A stretch of DNA of 64,000 bases from a virus (Duplodnaviria; Caudoviricetes): positions 64,001-128,000 of the IMG/VR virus record IMGVR_UViG_3300029288_007102. One strand, 5' to 3'. Below are positions 20,761-30,430 of this stretch, piece after piece (within the stretch, counting starts at the first letter, position 1; every line of letters starts with the position of its first letter). Position numbers and translations under genes: made by a program. Under the pieces are notes generated by a model. The model was not told where the DNA came from. It ran no database searches and worked only from the letters and a program-made list of their open reading frames with translations.

Positions 20761-21482
20761 AATTTTATCCTATAGTTTTGTGTAGCAAGATGCATAGTCA
20801 GATTTTAAACTTTAATTCAATAGGGATAATTATGGCAGGATCAATAAAGAAATTGGCCGAAAATTGGAGAAAATATTTCCCAAAAAGTAAGGTAAGTGTA
20901 AGTGCAAAGAATGATCATTCTGTTCTTTGTGAAGGATTAAATCTGGTGTATGATATTTGTAAAGAGAAGAGTTATGTCCCTGAGAATATTTTAGATGTTG
21001 GGTGTAGTGATGGGTTTGGAATGAGGATCTTGAAAAATTATTTTCCAAAAGCAAAGGTTTGTGGGATAACAATAAACCCAACAGAGAGCATGTTGGGGGA
21101 AACTGAATACGGCTTTAGTCAAGGGAAAGACATTCTTCTTATGGATATGCATGATATGACGTTTGAAGATAAAAGTTTTGATCTGATATATTGTCGTGAT
21201 GTTTTGGAGCATAGCATTTCCCCGTTGATAGCTTTATATGAAATGAATAGGGTGTTAAAGAATGAGGCTTATGCTTTTATCATTGTCCCGGATGAGAGAT
21301 CAATAGATTTTTTTGGCCATACTTATGTTTTGAATGAAAAACAATTAAAGCATATTTACGATAAAGCTGGGTTTGAGGTTGTCAATTATTCGTTTAGAGA
21401 TTATCCTAAATTCATTTTAGGGCAGAATAGGTATGTTTTAAAAAAAATAAAAGAACCTGTATATAATATTGTTGGATTTTAA
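20757..21482 (+). CDS. Class I SAM-dependent methyltransferase
   Basis: 'ILDVGCSDG', 'DMHDMTFEDKSFDLIY..VLEH..EMNRVLK'. Confidence 0.85.
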   Translation: MKFYPIVLCSKMHSQILNFNSIGIIMAGSIKKLAENWRKYFPKSKVSVSAKNDHSVLCEGLNLVYDICKEKSYVPENILDVGCSDGFGMRILKNYFPKAKVCGITINPTESMLGETEYGFSQGKDILLMDMHDMTFEDKSFDLIYCRDVLEHSISPLIALYEMNRVLKNEAYAFIIVPDERSIDFFGHTYVLNEKQLKHIYDKAGFEVVNYSFRDYPKFILGQNRYVLKKIKEPVYNIVGF

Positions 21483-21502
21483 TTGAAGGGGGAAGGAAAT
21501 AT

Positions 21503-22243
21503 ATGACTGAGGTATTATCTTATACAGATAAGGATATATTAGATTTTGTTGGTTCTGTACAATGGTATCAAGGGGATATAAAATTCCCTAATGGGTTAAC
21601 GACATCATCTCCTTATCCTTGCGATACTATTTTTAATATGTTTGGGGTGAAGGATGAGTACTTTAAAGGGAAAAGGGTTCTAGATTGCTGCTGCAATTCT
21701 GGATATTTTTCTTTTAAGGCGTTAGAGTTAGGGGCAGGGGAAGTTGTTGGCTTTGACAATTCAGAATATTGGATTTCTGTTGCAGAAAAAGTTAAAACTA
21801 TGAAGCTTATAAATAAGGAGCCTCATTATGGGAACAAATTAAGATTTTATGTGGAAAGTTTTAAGGATGTTGCCTGGGATCAGATTGGGAAATTTGATGT
21901 TGTTTTTATGAATTCGTGTCTATATCATATAAATATGGATATTCAGAATATTCTTGATATTCTTTCGGAAGCTTGCTCAGACAAACTTATAATTTTTACA
22001 AAGATATTCACATTTTGGAGTCCTGATTCATCTGAGCTTGGTGCTGATTGGAAGGGGAAATATGTTCCAACTTATGAGATGCTTGATTTTGAGCTATTGA
22101 GAAGGAAGTTTAATTTCATAGAACACTCAGCGTTGAAGAAAGAAGAGTTGAAAGAGGTTGGGGTGGGGATAAGCCTGGATGAGAGAAGGATTTTACAGCA
22201 GAAGTGTAATAAGATTTCTTTTGTAGCTTCAAAAAAGATATAA
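21503..22243 (+). CDS. Class I SAM-dependent methyltransferase
   Basis: 'WYQ', 'KGKRVLDCCCNSGYFSF..GAGEVVGFD', 'FDVVF...LYH'. Confidence 0.85.
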   Translation: MTEVLSYTDKDILDFVGSVQWYQGDIKFPNGLTTSSPYPCDTIFNMFGVKDEYFKGKRVLDCCCNSGYFSFKALELGAGEVVGFDNSEYWISVAEKVKTMKLINKEPHYGNKLRFYVESFKDVAWDQIGKFDVVFMNSCLYHINMDIQNILDILSEACSDKLIIFTKIFTFWSPDSSELGADWKGKYVPTYEMLDFELLRRKFNFIEHSALKKEELKEVGVGISLDERRILQQKCNKISFVASKKI

Positions 22244-22257
22244 CCTGGAGGGACTAT

Positions 22258-22965
22258 ATGTTTGGTAAAAGGAAGAAAGAGTTGGCAAAAGCTTCTATCG
22301 ATTTAAAAAACCATAAATGGTATCAAGGGGGATTAGATTTAGGGGATGGGACCGTTTCAGAAGCACAGGTTGACTGTAATGATATTTGGGTAAAAATGGG
22401 GATTGATAAGAAAGAGATAAAAGGGAAAAGGGTATTAGATATTGCTTGTTGCACTGGGTTTTTTGCGTTTAAGGCGTCTGAGTTGAAAGCAAAGTCTGTT
22501 CTCGGTTTTGATATAAACCAAAATGAAATAGAGATGGCAAACAAAGTAAAATTAAATAAAAAAATTAAAAATATTGAATTTTTATCCTGTCCTTTTGAGG
22601 GTTTTGATTGGGGAAAATATGGGCCATTTGATGTCTCTTTCGCTGTTAGATGTTTATACCACTTAAAAGGGGGGAATATACTTAAAACTATCTGTGACAA
22701 CACAAAGAGCACACTAGTTCTTTTTACTATGTTGTGGAGAGAAGATAACCCAAGCCATATTGGTTTAATCGGATGGGAAGGGCAGACGTGGAGATATATC
22801 CCAACATTTAAACAATTAGAGAAGGATTTGGAGGCTAATGGCTTTAAAATAGAATTGACCTCTGCACTTTTCCCTTGGCAATTAGAGTCCTGTAAGATTG
22901 TAGAATCTGAAAATGTATATGGTAATACGGCCCAGAGAATTATTATTAAAGCAAAGAGGAAGTAG
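22258..22965 (+). CDS. Class I SAM-dependent methyltransferase (paralog of preceding gene)
   Basis: 'WYQ', 'KGKRVLDIACCTGFFAF..VLGFD', 'FDVSF...LYH'. Confidence 0.85.
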   Translation: MFGKRKKELAKASIDLKNHKWYQGGLDLGDGTVSEAQVDCNDIWVKMGIDKKEIKGKRVLDIACCTGFFAFKASELKAKSVLGFDINQNEIEMANKVKLNKKIKNIEFLSCPFEGFDWGKYGPFDVSFAVRCLYHLKGGNILKTICDNTKSTLVLFTMLWREDNPSHIGLIGWEGQTWRYIPTFKQLEKDLEANGFKIELTSALFPWQLESCKIVESENVYGNTAQRIIIKAKRK

Positions 22966-22966
22966 G

Positions 22967-23590
22967 ATGGTTATTGGGATAAAAAATATTGAAAAAGAAC
23001 TTTCGAGGAAAAATACAAATTATGTTACCTATTTAGTTCATTTAACTGATGATACGCTTGGGGTTTGGAAACCATATGTTGTAAAAGGGAGATACAGAAC
23101 AGAACTACTTGTGTCAGATATAAACAAGATAATTGGTTTAGATTTGGTTCCAGAAGTGTCAGAAACTATATTTGAAGAAAAAGAAGGGATTGTAAGAAAA
23201 TATATTGAGGGTAAAAAGGGGGATTGTGTTGCTTATAGAACAATTAAAAAATCAGAGCTGCAAAAGTTGGCAATATTAGATTTTATCATATTTAATTGTG
23301 ATCGTGGATGGGGGAATGTTATTATCACAGAACAAGGTAAGATTTATGGGATTGACAATGATGCTACATTTATGGATGTTTTTGGGATTTCTTTGAATAT
23401 GGCTCATCTGATTGGGTGTGATTTGTGTGATGAAGCTTTAGATATGATAAAGGTAATAGACACAAATAAAGAAAAAATATCCGATAGGATGAAAGATTAT
23501 GGAATAACTCCAAGCTTATTCCAGTGGTACGAAAGAAGAGTTAATCTTTTAAATTATGTTGCTGGGCATGTCACTAAGATGGGATGGTAA
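22967..23590 (+). CDS. PI3/4-kinase/HipA/Fam20-like kinase
   Basis: 'GVWKP', 'LVPE', 'LDFIIFNCDRGWGN', 'GIDN'; ATG 22967 after AGGAAGTAGG. Confidence 0.7.
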   Translation: MVIGIKNIEKELSRKNTNYVTYLVHLTDDTLGVWKPYVVKGRYRTELLVSDINKIIGLDLVPEVSETIFEEKEGIVRKYIEGKKGDCVAYRTIKKSELQKLAILDFIIFNCDRGWGNVIITEQGKIYGIDNDATFMDVFGISLNMAHLIGCDLCDEALDMIKVIDTNKEKISDRMKDYGITPSLFQWYERRVNLLNYVAGHVTKMGW

Positions 23591-24324
23591 TTATGAATAT
23601 AGATAAAGTTTTAGATAGGTATCCAAACAAAGGGAGAGGGGTAGATTATGAGGTAGATGTTGTCTCCCTTAAAGATGGAGGGAAGGGGATTTTTAAAGGG
23701 AATATGAAAGCGGATCCTTACTCCATAATTCCGTTAAAAGAAGCCTTAGCGTACAAAGTGGATCAATTTATGAATTTTAATTTAGTGCCTGAGACAGAAA
23801 TCGTCTGGTTTGAAGGCCGGGCTGGTTCTTTACAAAGGTTTGTAAACGGGGTAGATGGACAGAAAGCCATTATCCAAAACAGTTTTAACCCCTCATTTGA
23901 GGAGATGCAAAAGTTAGCTATTTTTGATTTTGTGTTTAATAATTGTGATAGGTGGACTGTCAACTTTCTTTTAGAAGAGGATGGTTCTGTTCATGCAATT
24001 GATAACGCAGGATGTTTCCAAAATAGAGATACTTCTTCCTGTACTATCTATTATTTGCTTGGCCAAAAGATAACAGAAAAAAATTTGGTAATCATTAACC
24101 AGTTAATGAAAAATTGTAAAGAACTTTGCGAATTAATGTTGAGTTTTGAGTATGAGCCGTTAGAGGATGGAAAAAAGGTCAGTTTTAAAGAATTGTTTTC
24201 TGATAGCGTAAGGTTAACGACTAATCATATCTATTTGCTGGCTGGGTCCCAGGGGTGGGTACAGAACATAAATTATAAATTAGGATTGATTGCACCAGAA
24301 GAATTAGGGGTAAAAATGAAATGA
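23584..24324 (+). CDS. PI3/4-kinase/HipA/Fam20-like kinase (paralog)
   Basis: 'GIFK', 'EALAY', 'LVPET', 'GSLQRFV', 'FDFVFNNCDRWTVN', 'AIDNAGCF'. Confidence 0.75.
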   Translation: MVIMNIDKVLDRYPNKGRGVDYEVDVVSLKDGGKGIFKGNMKADPYSIIPLKEALAYKVDQFMNFNLVPETEIVWFEGRAGSLQRFVNGVDGQKAIIQNSFNPSFEEMQKLAIFDFVFNNCDRWTVNFLLEEDGSVHAIDNAGCFQNRDTSSCTIYYLLGQKITEKNLVIINQLMKNCKELCELMLSFEYEPLEDGKKVSFKELFSDSVRLTTNHIYLLAGSQGWVQNINYKLGLIAPEELGVKMK

Positions 24325-25640
24325 AAATATTATTATTGAGAATGAAAATTACAGATAAAGTTCCTATGCCGGAGGCCCCGCTCGGTCTTCTTTATATTGC
24401 TTCTGTTTTAGAGAATGCCGGACATGAAGTCATTTATAGAGATTTAACTTTTGATGAAATATCAAATGAAGAGTGGAAGATGATAGAAAGAGGGGAGTTT
24501 GAGCTTATTGGTATAACCATGCTCTCTTTTTTAAGGAATCAGGCTTACGATCTAATTAAAAAAGTAAAATCTTTGAATACTGGGGTTAAGATTATCGTTG
24601 GTGGGGTTCATGCTTCAGCAACCAGCCTTCAACTTGTAGACAATTTCCCAATAGATGCTGTTATCTTAGGGGAAGGGGAATTGACGGTCTTAGATATAGT
24701 AGAATGTATGCAAAATAAGGGGAATTGGAGAAAGATTAGAGGAATTGCCACAAAAGAAGGCCGAGTACACGAGCCTCAACCGCTTATTCAGAATTTAGAC
24801 TCTATTCCTTTTCCGGCATTTCATTTAACGGATATTGCAAGATATAAGATGTCTATTGCCTCTTTAAAGCCAGATAAGACTGTTAATGGGATACGGATTG
24901 GGGATGCTAATTGGGTTGGGATGATAGCCAGCCGGGGGTGTGTTGGAAGATGTATATTCTGTAATGCTTTTGATCATTGGGGATTAAAGGTTAGATTTAG
25001 ATCTCCCGAGAATATGCTTAATGAGATAGAATGGCTCCAATATGAGTTCGGGGTGTCTTTAATCGCTTTTAATGATGATGCTTTTCCTATATTGAAAAGG
25101 CAATGTATGGAGTTCTGTAACGGAATCGTAAAAAGAGGAATCAAGATAGCCTGGCAAACGACAACCAGACCGAATGTTTTAGATCAAGAAATGTGTCAGG
25201 CGATGAGGGAATCTGGATGTTTCATGGTCGTAATCGGATGTGAGAGTGGATCTCAAAAGATATTAGATAGGATAAAAAAGTTCATAAAAGTTGAAGATTC
25301 AGTAAGAACGATTAGGATGATATCTGAAAACAGGATGTGGAGTTATGCTCTTCTGATGATAGGAAATCCGGGGGAGTCAGATGGGACTATAGAAGAAACA
25401 ATTCAATTTTTACAGATCTCTAAACCAGATATTGTAAGTTTTGTTTCAGGTGTGATGATAACTCCGGGAACTGAAATGGAGCAGTTAGGGGTACAGGCAA
25501 AACTTCTTAAACCAAATTTTTGGGTTCAGGGGGCTGATGGGTTGCCTTTTTATACAGCTGAAGCTTCTTATGACAAGATATTAGGGTGGTCTAATAAGGT
25601 ATCGAAAGCATATCCTAATAATTTTGATAGATTAAAGTAA
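24321..25640 (+). CDS. Cobalamin-binding radical SAM enzyme (class B methylase-like)
   Basis: 'PLGLLYIASVL', 'VGGVHAS', 'GEGE', 'SRGCVGRCIFC' (CxxxCxxC), 'GCESGSQKIL'. Confidence 0.9.
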   Translation: MKILLLRMKITDKVPMPEAPLGLLYIASVLENAGHEVIYRDLTFDEISNEEWKMIERGEFELIGITMLSFLRNQAYDLIKKVKSLNTGVKIIVGGVHASATSLQLVDNFPIDAVILGEGELTVLDIVECMQNKGNWRKIRGIATKEGRVHEPQPLIQNLDSIPFPAFHLTDIARYKMSIASLKPDKTVNGIRIGDANWVGMIASRGCVGRCIFCNAFDHWGLKVRFRSPENMLNEIEWLQYEFGVSLIAFNDDAFPILKRQCMEFCNGIVKRGIKIAWQTTTRPNVLDQEMCQAMRESGCFMVVIGCESGSQKILDRIKKFIKVEDSVRTIRMISENRMWSYALLMIGNPGESDGTIEETIQFLQISKPDIVSFVSGVMITPGTEMEQLGVQAKLLKPNFWVQGADGLPFYTAEASYDKILGWSNKVSKAYPNNFDRLK

Positions 25641-25656
25641 AGAGGATTTAAAATAT

Positions 25657-26601
25657 ATGAAGATTGCTTTACTTCTCCCGGGGAATCTTGGAACACATAG
25701 GTTAGCGATTGAGTCTATCAAAAAAAACATAGTTGATCCAAACAATGCTGACGTTTTCGTGTTAACGTCAGCTAGCAATAACTATATTCATATGACAAAT
25801 TATGAATATAAGGGGAGAGATTTTCCTATACTTGTTGATGAGGATGATGAGAAAAAGATAAGGGATTGTTTTGGGGATAAGCTAGTTATGTTAAATTATA
25901 TAGAAGATATACAAGGGTATGATGATTTTATGAAAGATCAGATAGAAGACGCAAATAAAAGGTTGGCTTTGTGGTTTGGTCCTACAAATAGAGAGCATAC
26001 ACAGTTTTACGATTTTAAAAATAAGAGGATACTTAATCCCATAAAATATTTAAGTCAATTTTCTTTGATATATTATCTCACTAATTTTTTGATAAAGTAT
26101 GAAAAAGAAAAGAACATAAAATATGATTATATAATTAGGGCTAGGATTGATCAAAACTTTGACAAGAAGATAGAGATATGTGATGGTAAAGAAGGTCTAG
26201 AAAAATTCTTTTGGGTTGAAATGGACAACTTTTATTATGGGACAGCAGATATAATGAAGCTTTCTGGCTTAAATCTTATAAAAGAGATTGGGAGTTTTGA
26301 TAATCGTTGTATTACGGAAAAGGGGGATTATAGAAATACTATAGAGCCACAATTTAGGGAATTTATTAAAAAGTATGCAAAAATTTATGGGGTTGCATTG
26401 AATATAGCAAATATTAGAATAGGGATAAAGGTTTATAGCGAGAGTCAAGTTATCTCTATACCAATATGGAAAGTTTTTATGGATTCCCATCCCCAATTTG
26501 TTTTTGATAAAAATTTAACACCAAGATCTTATAATTTACCGGGAAAGTATAGGGGAGTGAATGAGATGTATCCTTTAGTTTGGACATATTATATATTTTA
26601 G
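25657..26601 (+). CDS. Putative glycan-related protein/glycosyltransferase
   Basis: 'MKIALLLPGNL', 'ADVF', 'KYDYIIRARID' pattern seen in uncharacterised glycan-cluster proteins; context. Confidence 0.5.
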   Translation: MKIALLLPGNLGTHRLAIESIKKNIVDPNNADVFVLTSASNNYIHMTNYEYKGRDFPILVDEDDEKKIRDCFGDKLVMLNYIEDIQGYDDFMKDQIEDANKRLALWFGPTNREHTQFYDFKNKRILNPIKYLSQFSLIYYLTNFLIKYEKEKNIKYDYIIRARIDQNFDKKIEICDGKEGLEKFFWVEMDNFYYGTADIMKLSGLNLIKEIGSFDNRCITEKGDYRNTIEPQFREFIKKYAKIYGVALNIANIRIGIKVYSESQVISIPIWKVFMDSHPQFVFDKNLTPRSYNLPGKYRGVNEMYPLVWTYYIF

Positions 26602-26617
26602 ATTAGGAGGGGTAGAA

Positions 26618-27361
26618 ATGGACACAAAAACAATGACAGCAGATTTGGCAATGATTGAGGCGGAGAAATGGGTAGAATTTAACAAAATAAATCCGGAGAC
26701 TATAGAACTTAACCATCCTCCTTCTGATTATACTCTTTTTGCTCAGAGTCGCACAGAGATAAAGGAGTTTGCTCAAGTTCTTGAGAAAATGGATAAAAGA
26801 GATATTGCTTTAGAGACAGGGGTATTTTACGGGGGCACTTTCTTTTTCTGGAAATTGTTTTTTGACCATGTGATAGGAATAGATATAAATCCTAAAAGTT
26901 GTGAGTTTGTAGGGAGAAAGTTAAAAGATTATGGCTGTGATCCCGCTAAACACAATCTTGTTTGTGGCGATGCTCATAATGTAGAGACTGAAGATAAGAT
27001 TAAAGAGATTCTCCAGGGGAGAAAAGTAGATCTCCTTTTTATTGACGGTTCTCATTCTTGCAGATCAATATTAAATGAATTTTTATGTTATGGAGCTCAT
27101 GTTCGAAGCGGAGGAATTATTGCAATCCACGATGTAGGGCAGGAAGCTTTTCCTGTCTGTGGGCACATTAAACCTGAGGAAAGGAATCATCTTTACTCTC
27201 TTAAAAATAATGTTTGGGTGAATTCTAACTGGGTATTTACGGAAATGAATTGTTGTGCAGTCCATTTAATGAGGGATCACGAAAGATATGGGGTTTCTAG
27301 GATGCAATTTATTCACCCTGAAATTCACCGTAGTGGTATTGGTTGGTGCATAAAGAAGTGA
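26618..27361 (+). CDS. SAM-dependent O-methyltransferase (Methyltransf_24-like)
   Basis: 'LETGVFYGGT', 'IGIDI', 'VDLLFIDGSHS', 'GGIIAIHD'. Confidence 0.8.
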   Translation: MDTKTMTADLAMIEAEKWVEFNKINPETIELNHPPSDYTLFAQSRTEIKEFAQVLEKMDKRDIALETGVFYGGTFFFWKLFFDHVIGIDINPKSCEFVGRKLKDYGCDPAKHNLVCGDAHNVETEDKIKEILQGRKVDLLFIDGSHSCRSILNEFLCYGAHVRSGGIIAIHDVGQEAFPVCGHIKPEERNHLYSLKNNVWVNSNWVFTEMNCCAVHLMRDHERYGVSRMQFIHPEIHRSGIGWCIKK

Positions 27362-27415
27362 ACAGGAAAGGGTTTTAGGTTGATTATATAAAGAGACTTA
27401 AGGAAGGGGAATGAA

Positions 27416-28582
27416 ATGAGAATCGTATCAGTTGCGGGAATTCGGCCAGACTTTATCCGGATGGCTAAAATAATTAGAGGTTTAGATGGCTGTGGTGGGA
27501 TAGAGCACATTTTGATTCATACTGGGCAACATTATAGCCACAATGTTAATGACATCTTCTTTGAGCAATTAAATATAAGAAAGCCGAACGTCAATCTTGG
27601 CATAAAATCAGGATCTTATGCAGAACAGACGGCAAAGTTGCTTGTGGCTTTAGAGAAAGAGCTGATTCGACTTAAGCCAGACGCTGTCCTTTTCTTAGGG
27701 GATTCAAATACTGCCTTGGGGGCCATTACCTCTGCAAAAATGAACATCTTTACGATTCATATTGAAGCCGGGATGAGATCTCATGATTGGCGTATGCCAG
27801 AAGAAAAGAATCGGGTGATAGTTGATCGACTCTCTAATTTACACTATGTGTATACAGAAAGATATAAAGAGAATCTGTTATATGAGGGATTTAACCCTGC
27901 CAATATTGTAGTTGTAGGTAATCCTATTGTAGATATTGTTAATAAATATAAAGACCAGGCTGCTAAGAGTGGGATTATACAGAAACTTAAATTAAAATAT
28001 GGTGAATATTTTCTGACAACCATTCATCGGGCTGAAAATGTGGATGATAAAGAAGTGTTAACTGAAATTCTTATGGGGCTAGGAATGGTGTACCGAAAAT
28101 ATAAGAAGCCGATAATTTATCCTATGTATTATAGGACCCAGAAGAGAATAAAGGAAATGGGGTTGGCTAACCAGATCCCTGAGGGTATTAGGGTTATGGA
28201 TCCTTTAGGGTTCTTTGAGTTTTTGGATCTGGAGGCCCATTCTATGTGTAATATAACAGATAGTGGGACTGTGCAGGAAGAAAGTCTGGTTTTGCGTACT
28301 CCTTGTGTTACTGCTAGATGGTCAACAGAACGGCCAGAAACAGTTGAGGTTGGGGCAAATATTGTTGCAGGTATTGAGGCGGGAGGAGTTTACCAGGCTG
28401 TAGTATCTATGGTTTCGTCTCAGCGGAGTTGGGACACATCAATACTGGGGGATGGGGAATCTAGTGTAAGGATTGTAGAAGATATAAAGGATAGGTCTGG
28501 GCAGATAATAAATAAAGAGCATCTCTTAATGGATCCTTTTGATTTTAGGAAAAGGAACTGTTTTGTGAAACGAGGGGCTTAA
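27416..28582 (+). CDS. wecB: UDP-N-acetylhexosamine 2-epimerase (non-hydrolysing; WecB/FnlC-like)
   Basis: 'GIRPD', 'HTGQHY', 'GDSNT', 'HIEAGMRS..MPEEKNR', 'HRAEN', 'TDSGTVQEE', 'TERPE'. Confidence 0.9.
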   Translation: MRIVSVAGIRPDFIRMAKIIRGLDGCGGIEHILIHTGQHYSHNVNDIFFEQLNIRKPNVNLGIKSGSYAEQTAKLLVALEKELIRLKPDAVLFLGDSNTALGAITSAKMNIFTIHIEAGMRSHDWRMPEEKNRVIVDRLSNLHYVYTERYKENLLYEGFNPANIVVVGNPIVDIVNKYKDQAAKSGIIQKLKLKYGEYFLTTIHRAENVDDKEVLTEILMGLGMVYRKYKKPIIYPMYYRTQKRIKEMGLANQIPEGIRVMDPLGFFEFLDLEAHSMCNITDSGTVQEESLVLRTPCVTARWSTERPETVEVGANIVAGIEAGGVYQAVVSMVSSQRSWDTSILGDGESSVRIVEDIKDRSGQIINKEHLLMDPFDFRKRNCFVKRGA

Positions 28583-29538
28583 TGAAAAATGTGCTGGTTA
28601 CTGGATGTGCTGGGTATGTTGGGGGTAGCGTAGTTGATCAATTAATAAAGAGCAATAAATATAATATTAGAGGATACGATAACCTTTTATATACCGATAC
28701 TTATATGCAGAAGATAGAATTTGTCAATGGGGATATAAGAGATGAGGCTAAGTTAAAAACACAATTGGATTGGGCTGATTGTGTGATTCATTTGGCAGCG
28801 ATAGTGGGAGACGCAGCCTGTTCTCTTTATCCAAAAGAGACTGTGGCGATAAACGAGAAAGCGGTAGAATTTATATCTAAAAATTTTAATGGAAGGATAA
28901 TTTTTTGTTCAACTTGTTCTGTCTACGGGATGCAAGACGGGGTTCTTACCGAAGATTCCCCAGCCAACCCTCTTTCTTTGTATGCCGGGACGAAATATGC
29001 TGCAGAGAAATATTTAAAAGGAAAGAACGCTTTAATTTTTAGATTAGGGACTCTTTATGGAATAGGGTATAGATTTGGGCGATGCAGATTTGACCTTGTA
29101 GTTAATGTTATGTCTTCTGACGCTTTTATAAATAAGAAATTGACAGTTTTTGGTGGAGAGCAGTATCGCCCATTACTCCATGTTCGAGATGCGGCATATA
29201 TGTTAATCCGGGCGATAGAGCATGATTATATAGGGGTATATAATTTGGCGTCGAAGAATATTAACATTTCTGATCTTGGCCAGCTAGTTGCTTCTAGAAT
29301 TAAAGGTTGTGAGTTGGAGACGATAGATATGAAATTTGAAGATAGCAGAAATTATCAGGTTGATTGTTCTAAGGCGGCTCAAGACATCTCTTTTGATGTA
29401 GAGAAAGCAATTCTGATAGAAGAGGGGGTAGATGAAATAGTAAAAATATTGAACGAAGGACGGATCAAAAATCCTAAAAATTGTATTCACTCAAATGAGT
29501 TTTTCTTGGGTAAACTGAAATATAATGGGAATAAATAG
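28582..29538 (+). CDS. NAD-dependent nucleotide-sugar epimerase/dehydratase (extended SDR)
   Basis: 'VLVTGCAGYVG', 'HLAAIVG', 'STCSVYG', YxxxK 'YAGTK'. Confidence 0.9.
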   Translation: MKNVLVTGCAGYVGGSVVDQLIKSNKYNIRGYDNLLYTDTYMQKIEFVNGDIRDEAKLKTQLDWADCVIHLAAIVGDAACSLYPKETVAINEKAVEFISKNFNGRIIFCSTCSVYGMQDGVLTEDSPANPLSLYAGTKYAAEKYLKGKNALIFRLGTLYGIGYRFGRCRFDLVVNVMSSDAFINKKLTVFGGEQYRPLLHVRDAAYMLIRAIEHDYIGVYNLASKNINISDLGQLVASRIKGCELETIDMKFEDSRNYQVDCSKAAQDISFDVEKAILIEEGVDEIVKILNEGRIKNPKNCIHSNEFFLGKLKYNGNK

Positions 29539-29609
29539 CGGGATGGAGCAGTGGTCAGCTCGTCGGGTTCATATCCCGGAGGTCGGTGGTTCGAATCCAC
29601 CTCCCGCAA
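29537..29609 (+). tRNA. Initiator-type tRNA-Met (CAT), no encoded CCA
   Basis: Cloverleaf AGCGGGA TG GAGC AGTGGTCA GCTC G TCGGG TTCATAT CCCGG AGGTC GGTGG TTCGAAT CCACC TCCCGCA A; 1:72 mismatch, A11:U24, GGG/CCC anticodon stem. Confidence 0.93.
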
Positions 29610-29627
29610 TAATTTTATAAAAGGAGA

Positions 29628-30086
29628 ATGAAAATGGAAATGGAGATAGTTAAACCTTTTACGGTTGACATTAAACACATTGCTGATGATAGAGGTTTTT
29701 TGGTCCCAATATCTCAATTTTTACCAGTAGAGTTGCAAAAAGAGATAAAGAGAACTTATGTGGTAGGGGATTATGGGAAAGGAGTGATCCGGGGGCTTCA
29801 TGGGCATAGGAAAGAAATGAAGATCTTTTATATCATTAAAGGGTCAGCTAAATTTGTTGCCATAAATATGGGGGATTCTACCGACAAGTATGAAATTACT
29901 TTAGGAGAACGGGCTAATAGGTTATTTGTAGTTCCGCCAGGATATTTTAATGGCTGGGTTAGTTTAGAGGAGGGAACCTTGTTGGTAGCACTATCTACTT
30001 CTACCTTTGAGGAATCGGTAAAAGATGATGAGAGGGAGGATCCTTATAGGTATGGTGCGGATATATGGGGTGTTAAGGCCAGATAA
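29628..30086 (+). CDS. RmlC/WxcM-like cupin sugar epimerase/isomerase
   Basis: 'DDRGFL', 'GVIRGLHGH', 'VVPPGYFNG'. Confidence 0.85.
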   Translation: MKMEMEIVKPFTVDIKHIADDRGFLVPISQFLPVELQKEIKRTYVVGDYGKGVIRGLHGHRKEMKIFYIIKGSAKFVAINMGDSTDKYEITLGERANRLFVVPPGYFNGWVSLEEGTLLVALSTSTFEESVKDDEREDPYRYGADIWGVKAR

Positions 30087-30099
30087 ATAAGGAGGAATT

Positions 30100-30420
30100 G
30101 TGGAAATTCAAGGATTTGCGGAAGAAATAGATAAGACAGGATACTTGACAATAACGGCGGAAGACCATTCTGGTATCCCTAAAGACGATCATTTGATCGT
30201 TTTTAATAACAAAGATAATCAGAAATATAAAGTGCTTTTATCTACTGTGTGTTCTTATGACTGGCAGAATCTAAAGAGGGTTTTGGATGGCGGGGAAGCA
30301 AAGATAATGGATCAGATGACCCGGATCGTGGGATACTATTCAAGGGTTAGCAACTGGAATAAGTCTAAGTTAGGGGAACTTGGTGATCGGCGTAAAGGAG
30401 ATTACAAAATAGGAATATAG
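30100..30420 (+). CDS. Stand-alone NrdD C-terminal glycyl-radical-domain protein
   Basis: 'MTRIVGYYSRVSNWNKSKLGELGDR' matches the class III RNR glycyl-radical motif; only 106 aa; SD GGAGG before GTG. Confidence 0.75.
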   Translation: MEIQGFAEEIDKTGYLTITAEDHSGIPKDDHLIVFNNKDNQKYKVLLSTVCSYDWQNLKRVLDGGEAKIMDQMTRIVGYYSRVSNWNKSKLGELGDRRKGDYKIGI

Positions 30421-30430
30421 GAGGACATAT

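Noticed and set aside
29610-29627. Theta/HDV-like ribozyme after the tRNA
   Set aside because: Only 18 AT-rich nt before the next gene; no room or motif
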